A DNA stretch of 64,000 bases from Eledone cirrhosa. Lineage: Eukaryota. The notes under the pieces were generated by a model. The model was not told where the DNA came from. It ran no database searches and worked only from the letters and a program-made list of their open reading frames with translations. The position numbers and the translations under genes were made by a program. Below, piece after piece: positions 58,791 through 64,000 of this stretch. The stretch lies in NCBI GenBank assembly GCA_964016885.1, contig OZ024743.1, positions 40,734,001 to 40,798,000 on the forward strand, given 5' to 3'. Numbering within the stretch: position 1 is the first letter of the stretch; each line of letters begins with the position of its first letter.

Positions 58791-60338
58791 AGCACTGGGG
58801 AGATCAGGCGGCTGTTTGAGACAGAGCCCTTCACCAGAGAGGAGCTTCAGAGAGCCAAGAAGAGGATCAAGGAGGGCAAGGCTCATGGAGAAGATGGAGT
58901 GGCATTAGAGGTGATGAAGAGGTGTGATTTTGATGATATCATCCTGGGGTTCTGTAACGGGGCACTGGAGAAAGGAGTTTCCCGAATCAGTGGAGGATCA
59001 GTAACATCGTCCCAGTGCCAAAGAAGGGAGATCTCTCTAACACCAACAACTACCGGGGGATCTCACTGACGTCACTTGTGGCAAAAACCCCCAACAGGAT
59101 GATTCTTAACAGGATCCAGCCTTGATGGAGAAGAAGCTCAGGGACAACCAGAACGGCTTCAGAGAGGGTAGATTAACAACCAGTCACATCTTGATGCTGA
59201 GGAGGATATTAGAGGGAGCTAGAGCAAAGTGCCTTCCTGCGGTTATGGTTTTCATTGACTTTAGGAAGGCCTTTGATTCTGTGGACCGTTACTGCCTGAT
59301 GAAGATGTTACAGGCTTATGGAATCCCCAAGAAGATAGTGGACCTGATATCACTGCTCTACACCAACACCAAAGCCAAAGTCATTACACCTGATGGGATG
59401 ACAGAGTTCTTTGAGATACTGGCTGGAGTGCTCCAGGGAGATACATTGGCTCCCTACCTTTTTATCATCGTAGTGGACTATTGTATGCGCCTTGCACTGG
59501 AGAAACACCAGGACTCTGGCTTTACTGTAGCACCGGCTCAGAGCAGGGGAGTTAGGGCGAAAAAGGTATCGGATGCTGATTTTGCCGACGACATAGTTTT
59601 GGTGACAAATACAGTGAAGGAGGCAGAGGATTTGATGCGGGAGGTTGAGACTGTGTCGATGAGTGTGGGGCTGAGAATGAATGAGACTAAAACAAAATAT
59701 CTGGTGGAGAATGTTGAGAAGCCAGAGGGGATCACTAATGTAGGCGGGAGGCCGCTGGAATTGGTTGAGGACTTCCTGTATTTGGGAGCAAAGTTGGGAA
59801 TACGGAAGATGATGTGGTTGAGAGGAAGAGCAAGGCCTGGGCGGCGTGCCACAGCTTGAGATCGGTGTGGAAGTCGGACCTTCGTAGAGTCCTGAAAATT
59901 CGCCTCTTCATTGCTGTAGTGGAGTCTGTGCTGCTGTATGGGTCTGAGACTTGGACACTGACCAAGAAACTCACTCAGTTGGTGGATGGGTGCTACACGA
60001 GAATGCTGAGGATGGCTCTGAACATTAATCAGTATACACTGAGGATGAAAAACTCAGAGCTGTATGGGAGCATCCCAAAAGTCAGCTCAAAAGTGACACA
60101 GAGGAGACTGAGGTTAGCTGGACATGCTCACCGACATCCAGAGTTGACATTGCACTCAGTACTCCTTTGGGAGCCCCTACATGGACACACTAGAAGTGGA
60201 AGACCGAGGTTAACGTATGTTGATGCCCTAAGGACAGACACTGGTCTTTTGGAGATGCAGGACATGGCAGCGATAATGAGGGACAGAGACCGCTGGTGAG
60301 AACTCGTCCATGGATCTCGGGAATTTTACCCGCCTTAG
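58791..60338 (+). mobile_element. 5'-truncated, relatively young RTE LINE with complete RT domain and about 3 frameshifts
   Basis: PVPKKGDLS..NYRGISL, NQNGFR, FIDFRKAFDSV, GVLQGDTLAPYLF, DFADDIVL, ESVLLYGSETW, RLRLAGH; ends directly in (AT)n. Confidence 0.95.
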
Positions 60339-60359
60339 ATATATATATATATATATAGG

Positions 60360-62222
60360 AATGTAAAATGGCGTGTTGTGTTGTTGCATATGTGATATAC
60401 AAATTAAAATGAAGAATTAGAAATAGAAGCCAGGACTATCCAGCATTGGTATTTCTTCGCCTTATAGACCAGATACCTCAAGCTAGCGCGAACAATAACT
60501 AAAATAAGTTAATGGGATAAAAAGAATTGGGTGCAGTAAGAGAGACAGGTAAACAAACACGAATGGTGAGGCAACGTAAAGAGAGGAAAAACTGAGAAAA
60601 TCAAGTCAATAATTCATTTGAACATAAGAACTAGCGAATATTGACGAGAAGACGAAAGACACATCTTAACCGTGCGAAAGTAAGCGAGGAAAGAATTTCG
60701 CACGGTGTGGGGCGATGGGGGGAGTGAGAGAGAGGGTGAGTAGCACTGCAACATCACAGCACGACATTTTTCATTTCTATATGCTTTCCCCTTCGCTGTG
60801 ACCTTTCTTTTTCTCCTCCCTTACTGCTATCCTCTTTCTCTCTCCCCCTTCTCTCTTCTTCTCCCTCTTACTTTCCTTCACCCCCTCTGCTAGTCACCTT
60901 CTCTCGGCTAGCCCCTTCTACACTCTTTCACTCACTCACTCTCTGTTACTCACCCTCTCTCTCACTTCCTCCATCGTCCCACACCGTGCGAAATCCTTTG
61001 TGCATTCCGGAGGCTGAGTGTGTATATGTGGGGATACGCTCATGTGTGTTTGTGTTTATACGTGGTGTAGAAGTAGGTGGCGTGGTTCGAAAAAAATGTG
61101 AGTGTTTGTTCGTGGGTAAGTTCTCTAAGGTAGTTCCGTGGAGTGTGCGATAAGATGTTTGATATTTCTCATGTTATAGAGTGGATAGCTGGAACGATGA
61201 CCGAGGGTGTGGAATCCATTAGTGGTGGTGGTCGGAAGTGGAGAGGTGTGGGGTGCGCGCACAACAGGAAGTGGTCAGAGGGTCAAGGCAGGGTGAAGAG
61301 ATAGCAGTAGAGGAGGATGACAGGTGGAGAAATAGTCTGTATGTGATGAGGACTGTGTGTCTGTGTGTGTGGAGGTGCGGTGGACAGGGGAGAGGATGGG
61401 TAGGTGTGAAAGGTGGAGGGGGAAGGTAGTGATGTGGGGGGATGGGGTGTATATTAGTAGAGGTGTTAGTGGGATGTGTGTGAAGGGGTGTAGTGGAGCG
61501 GGGAGAGGGAGAGAAAAGGTGTTGGGGACGGATGAGGGAGTGTAGTGTACTGGTGTGTGTGCGTGTTTGGATGAGTGTGTGTGTGCGTGCGTGTTTGCAT
61601 GAGTATGTGTGTGGTAGAGTTAGTATTACTGGTGGTGGGGAAAGGGTTGAATGCGGGTGTGTTGGTGGGGGTTAGTGGGGTTGGGTGTGTGAAGTGGGTG
61701 GTGTACGTAGGTGTGCGTGGGTGTAAGCGTGTTGGTTGTATGGGTGCGCGGATGTTAGGGGGAGTGGTGGGGATATTAGTATTGTTAGTTGGGGGTGGGT
61801 CGGCCAAGGGGGCGGGACGGTGAAATGAATGTGTGTTTTAGTGGTGTTAGTGGGGGATGTGTGGGGGGAAAGGTGGGTGGTCTAAGGCTAAAGGAATTGG
61901 AGGGGGAGTTCAGGCCGGGCGGTGTGTGGGTCTGTAGCGTGAAGTTGGTATGTTGTTCAATCGTGACGCGGGTGGCGGGTGTTCCATGACATTGGAGTAG
62001 GCCACAGACTGTGAGGTGGTGGGCGAAATGTCCAGGGGAGCCAAAGTGGTGGGCGATGGGGAAACTGTCGCAGAGACGAATATCCTGGAGGTGTTCAGTG
62101 AAACGGTCCGCCAGGCAACGTCCAGTCTGTCCGACGTAGGTTGCGCTGCACTCCGTGCAGCTAAGTCCATAGATTAGGTTGCGAAGTTTGCGCAATCTCC
62201 GCACCCTCCTCGTCAAAACATG
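60360..62222 (-). mobile_element. 5'-truncated Penelope-like element: GIY-YIG domain (about 62222-61905) and a long C/A-rich 3' region
   Basis: RNLIYGLSCTECSATYVGQTGRCLADRFTEH...PIAHHF...EQHTNFTLQTHTPPGLN; 3' boundary inferred. Confidence 0.8.
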
Positions 62223-63029
62223 TGAGGATAGTGTGGCAGTCACTTCGAAGTTTCATATATTGTTTATTTTGATATGATATATATTTTTGTATGTTCGCAG
62301 ATATAAATAGAACGAAAAGGATAATATATACAAAAGATATGATCATGTCGAATGTTACGTGATACAATCAAATACAAATAGACAGGACATATACATATAT
62401 TTCAAGTTGTCTATCTAAATATTTATCTATCTATCTCTATTGGTATGTATATATGAATCTATCTATCTATCTATCTAACTCCGTCTCTATATATACATAC
62501 ACGCACCCACACCTAAACAAACACACATACACACACACACACACAGATATACATATATATATAACACCAACAGACACACGCATATATATATATGTACACT
62601 CGCACACTTAATCTTTACACAAACGCACGCGTGTGTGTTCTTTTTTCTGTCCGAAAGTGAATAAGAAGCAATTGATATTTAACGAGCGGTCGTTGTGTTC
62701 AATCGAAATTGACCTCTCAATGCACCATTTTCTTGCCTATCTTACCATTACATAAATAGACCAATGAGAAAATAGACGCACGCAACATATTTTCATGAGA
62801 AATGACACTTTTATGCATATTATTTTCTCTTCCGTCTAACGCCATGCTATTTTTTACCTGAAGGATAATATTTGTCGATACATGTGTTCGTCTCTGTCTC
62901 TGTTTCTCCCCCATCCTCTCTCTCTTACTCTCTCTCTTTCTTTCTCAGTCTCTCTCTCTAAATGTATATATATATGTATGTGTCTGTGTGTGTGTGTGTT
63001 TGTTCGTGTAGATGAATATGTATATATAT

Positions 63030-63215
<186 letters not shown>

Positions 63216-63390
63216 TATATATATATATGTATATATATATATATCTGAATCTGAATAGGTAAATATTTATATTATATTTTTTAATTTTGATTAATTTTAA
63301 TTGTAAATTAATTTTGATTAATTTTAATTGTAAATTAATTTTGATTTATTTTGAAAAATTGGTTGAATTTTGCTTGTTCTGCTTATCTTG

Positions 63391-63460
<70 letters not shown>

Positions 63461-63654
63461 TTAGGTTTGAAAGTACACCACTGGATAGAGCTGCTCCTTC
63501 CGTATGGTCAATATTGATGTAATAATATGGAGAGTACTCAACGTTAAGCAGCTCAACCGTCTTCGTTTGTGTAGTTGGTGGTGCGAGTACGGAGCTCAAT
63601 ATTATAATAAAATAACAGGAGGCTGGACTTGTGTAAATCCTTGAAAGGTTTATT

Positions 63655-63712
63655 ATACTATGATCATTTCAATGATTGGGTTCCTTATGAATCCGGTGAT
63701 ATCATCAGGTAT
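63655..63712 (-). ncRNA. Minimal type I hammerhead ribozyme with degenerate stem II
   Basis: Minus strand: atac-CTGATGA-tatcaccggattc..gaacccaatcatt-GAAA-tgatca-TA-gtat. Confidence 0.7.
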
Positions 63713-64000
63713 TCGAAATATAATAAATGAATGTAACAGATAAAATCCATGGGGCTGAAAATCATAGACCCGAAGACGACCGACCATCTAGCAACTTCCA
63801 CTTTAGCCGGTCGCCCTCAAGTGCTGGCTATTCGGTCTACTTAAGACTATCTGGTGAGGGGGCGAAAGATTATAATGTGCTACTAACCTCCCGGTCATAT
63901 ATACCTCTATTAAAATATATACCTCTGTTAAGATATAGATTCTTTAGAATTACATCTTTCGCGGCAATTCCTAGCCTGATTGTAGCATGACAGGAACGCT

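Noticed and set aside
59122-59859. 245-aa RT ORF as a functional gene
   Set aside because: Part of a 5'-truncated, frameshifted LINE copy

Overview
AT-rich eukaryotic non-coding DNA saturated with (TA)n, (CA)n, (GA)n, (TATG)n and triplet microsatellites. The composition and SINE families look like an octopus (coleoid cephalopod) genome, but that is an inference. I found no convincing host gene, and nearly all listed ORFs are microsatellite artefacts. Recognisable elements are five RTE-clade LINE remnants, three Penelope-like element (PLE) GIY-YIG endonuclease remnants, two tRNA-derived SINE families and TTAA-flanked piggyBac-type MITEs. The most striking signal is a dense set of short (about 0.1-0.5 kb) non-coding cassettes inserted in (TA)n tracts. 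Most are fold-back palindromes, and they carry complete or partial minimal type I hammerhead ribozymes (stem I-CUGANGA-stem II-GAAA-short, usually palindromic stem III-UH-stem I). About eleven sequence families occur in 64 kb, and two are physically linked to PLE GIY-YIG remnants. All coordinates and alignments were read by eye and may be off by a few bases.
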